Source of the DNA: Chrysochromulina tobinii
Taxonomy: Eukaryota
Direction of reading: 5' to 3'
Length of the DNA: 61,421 nucleotides
Assembly (NCBI GenBank): GCA_001275005.1
Contig: JWZX01002777.1
Span: forward strand, 1-61,421
In this document: one piece after another, positions 58,490 through 61,421 of the stretch
Layout: the number at the start of each line of letters is the position of its first letter
Position numbering within the stretch: the stretch's first letter is position 1
Notes under the pieces: model-generated
What the model saw: the letters and a program-made list of their open reading frames with translations, nothing else
Database searches by the model: none
Told to the model about the DNA's origin: nothing
Made by a program: the position numbers and the translations under genes

Positions 58490-61307
58490 CTAGCCAAACC
58501 ATCCCTTGGACACTCTCTGGCTCGCGCGCTCCTCACGAGCGCGCGCCACGGTGGTCACCTCGCTCGCCGTCAGGTGCAGAAGTGTGGCGACCACAGGGAA
58601 CATGGAGTGGTGGTCCTCCGTCTCCATGTACTTGAGGATCACGTTGCGGAGGTACAGCCAGTCGGCGTCGCCTCGAGCACTCGTGACAGCGCCGCCGGCG
58701 GCTGGCTCAGCTCGGCGCTGCTGCTGCTGCTGCTGCTTGAGGCTTGCCACTTCGGCGCGCAGAGCGCTCGCCTCGAGTTTCGTCAGGGCTTCTCCCGCCT
58801 CGAGCTCGCGCACCTGGTTCAACAAGGCGCCAAACGCGACGCCGTCGGCCAGCGCGCGCGCCTCGAGCTCCTTCAAGAGCGCCTGCTGAGACTGCTCGAG
58901 CTCGACGCGAGATTGCGGCCACTCGCTGCCCTCGGCGCCGCCCTGACGAAACACATTGAGCGAGTCCGAGCAGCCGACGTCCTCCCCCCCGAGTCCGAGC
59001 CGCATGCGCCCGTGCGACTCGGCCCACCTCGTCCTCATTCAGCTGGAGGCACGTCGCGAGCGCGGGAAAGAGGTCCGCATGGTTCTTCTCGTCCATCTGC
59101 AGCAATTGGAGCACGAGGCACTTGACGTAGTCCATCGAGGCAATCAGAGGCAATCAGACGAGGCAATCAGGAGGCAATTGACGACACTCACCTGCAGCAG
59201 TTGGAGCACGAGGCACTTGACGTAGTCCACCGAGGCGCCGCCGCGGCGCGAGCGCATCTCGAGCTCGCGCATCTCGCGCCGCAGATTCTCATACGCATCG
59301 TCCGCGCTCGCGAGCCGAGCTCGCAGCTCGGCCAGCTCGAGATGGTGATCTCGCATCTGGGCATCGCGCATCGCCTGCTGCTGCGCGAGCTGCATCAGGC
59401 CCGAAGTCGAACTGAGCCCACTCCCGATGTAACCACTCCCAATGTCGGTCTGAACTGGCGAGAGGAGTGACAGTGGCGGGGCGACGAGCAGGGAATGGGG
59501 AGGAGCCGCCCGCGCCGGCGTCTCTGGCGGTGTCGTCGCCGCCGCCGCCTCGGCCGTCGCCGCCTCGGGTGCCGCCGTCGACGACGACGCGCCTCTCGCT
59601 GCTGCCGCTCCCGCTGCTGCCGCCGCCGCTGCCGCCTGCGCCGCGTCGCTCAACGAACGCTCAGCGGCGGCGATGCGTGCGGCTGCCTGTTGATGCATCT
59701 CGATGCGCTCGACCTCGTGCCGCGTCAACGCCTCCCGTAACGCACTCTCAGCCTTCTCCGCTCGGCCCTGCGACTCAGTCAAGGTGCTCTTCAGACGCCC
59801 CAGCTCCTTCTCCTTGTCCTCCATGAGCTTACGCGCCTTCTGACGCACCTGCAAGAGCTCGCGGCGAAGCGCGCCCACTGTGCGCAGGGACCCCTCGTCC
59901 GTCGCCTCCTCCTCCTCGAACCGCGCTGTACTGGGCACCTCAACGGGCGCACCGCGTGGAAGCCCAGCGCCGGCCTCCGAGGACCGCGGGGCGCCGTACT
60001 GAGCGCCTGCCTCCGAAGGCCGCGGTGCCGCCGCCGCCGCCAGAAGCGCACTCACCGTCGCCCGACTATCGCTCCACGCCCTCTCGAGAGCGCTCACCTG
60101 ATGAGGGGTCGTCATCAGAGGTCATCAGAGGTCATCAGAGGTCATCAGCGGTCATCAGAGTCCATCAAGCGCCAATCTCGAGAGGCCAAGCACCGATGAG
60201 AGTGGCACTCAGACGCAATCAAGGGTCATCAGAGTCCATCAAGCGCCAATCTCGAGAGGCCAAGCACCGAATGAGAGAGGCACTCAGACGCAATCGAGAA
60301 CCCATATCGAGGCCACGCACCTCCGCACCGAGCACCCGCAATCGCACGTTGGCTGTCAGCAAGGCCGCGGGCTCCGCCTCGGCCGCCGCCGCCGCCGCCG
60401 TCGCCGCCTCCGTCGCCGCCGCCTTCTCCTTAAGATGCAGCCGCGCTTCTGTTAGGAGCGATTTCATCTTCGCAATCTTCTCGCGCTGAGCCGTCTCCTG
60501 CGCCTGCCAGCGCGCCGTCTCCTGCGCTCCTCCAGGGCCGCGCTTGGTCAGAGACGCAATCAGAAGAGGCAATCAGAAGAGGCAATCAGAAGAGGCAATC
60601 AGAAGAGGCAATCAGAAGAGGCAATTAGCAGCACTAACCTGCTCCGCGCGAGCTTGGGCGTCCAGACGGGCGGCCTCGGATGCGCGGCGCACCTCCGCGA
60701 GCAAGTTCCGGAGCTCGCGTGCCTCCATCTCCGCCGCCGCCTGCGCCTCGGCCGCGGCGTTGCGCTCCTCGTGGAACGTGTCCACCTGACGGGAGAGCGC
60801 GCCTAGCTCCCGCTCAAATGCTTCCTCCTGTTGCTCCTTGGCGACCTGCAGAACCTGCAGGCTCTGCGACAAGGACAGCTCGTGCTGCATCTGCAGCGAG
60901 ACCTGCGACTGCAGCGGCGCGCTCTCTTCAAGCGCCGCCCCAAGCCGCCCCGCGCTCTCTTCAAGCGCGGCTTCGAGCCTGACCACCTCCGCGCGCAGCG
61001 CATGCTCCTGCGACGTCCAGCTCGCCGCCGCTGAGGCCGCACGCTCTCGCTCACCGTCAAGCTCCGCGGTCGTGCTCTTCAATTTGTCCTCGAGGGAGCG
61101 GATCTTTTTGACTGCGCGTTGCTTCACCTGCAGGATCTCATTCTCCAGCGCCTGCACGCGGCTTCCGGCATCATCAGCGATGGCCGTGGAGGCCGCAGAG
61201 ACCGGGGCGCTCTCGTCCGCAAATGCGGGTGCGCTCGCATCTGCGGGCTCGCTCGCGACTACCAGAGGCGCGCTCGCGTCTGCCGAGACCTGGTTCGCGG
61301 TATCCAT
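58490..61307 (-). CDS. GRIP-domain golgin-like coiled-coil protein; multi-exon
   Basis: Long coiled coils. GRIP-like motifs DYVKCLVLQLL...LFPALATCLQL and LYLRNVILKYM...MFPVVATLLHLT..E. Intron 59191-59097, with an apparent 1-nt frameshift at the C7 run 58984-58990. Confidence 0.75.
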
Positions 61308-61333
61308 GTTTATGCGGCTCCCTTTTGGGCTTT

Positions 61334-61385
61334 CTGCTGCTGCTGTGAAACACACACAACGCGCGCGCTCTCCGGACCCCCAAGC
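61334..61385 (-). repeat. Upstream module 3, shared with 47779-47839
   Basis: GCTTGGGGGTCCGGAGAGCGCGCGCGTTGTGTGTGTTTCACAGCAGCAGCAG ends ~26 nt before the ATG at 61307. Confidence 0.9.
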
Positions 61386-61421
61386 ACGGGGGCCGCTATC
61401 GCAATGGACGGAGGCGTGGCC

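Overview
GC-rich eukaryotic genomic DNA, not prokaryotic. Gene style and protein families suggest a haptophyte alga, Chrysochromulina-like (inference). About 22 protein-coding genes are supportable. They include an ShKT-repeat ER protein, a TIR + SH3-like + HET-domain fusion, two convergent K+ channels, a run of glycan enzymes (DUF6625-like, GT61-GT47 fusion, GT25, FkbM/DUF707, GT32, NodB deacetylase), a membrane protein ending in a HicA-like domain, a family-16 methyltransferase, Pho88/SND3, an S49 SohB-like peptidase and a GRIP golgin. The most striking structure is in the introns. More than 20 end in a near-invariant cassette (CTGATTGCCTCCCTCATCAG; second family TGCATGCAAGTGCTCACCACGGCGC). 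They contain tandem reiterations of that cassette and carry 10-40 nt direct copies of the flanking exon, with back-to-back GT..AG units and dead internal acceptors. This suggests an active intron-creating mechanism that combines duplication with templated insertion. A separate modular repeat sits upstream of many unrelated genes in a consistent orientation. Splice models are read by eye and need RNA-seq. No CRISPR array, rRNA or intact transposase was found.
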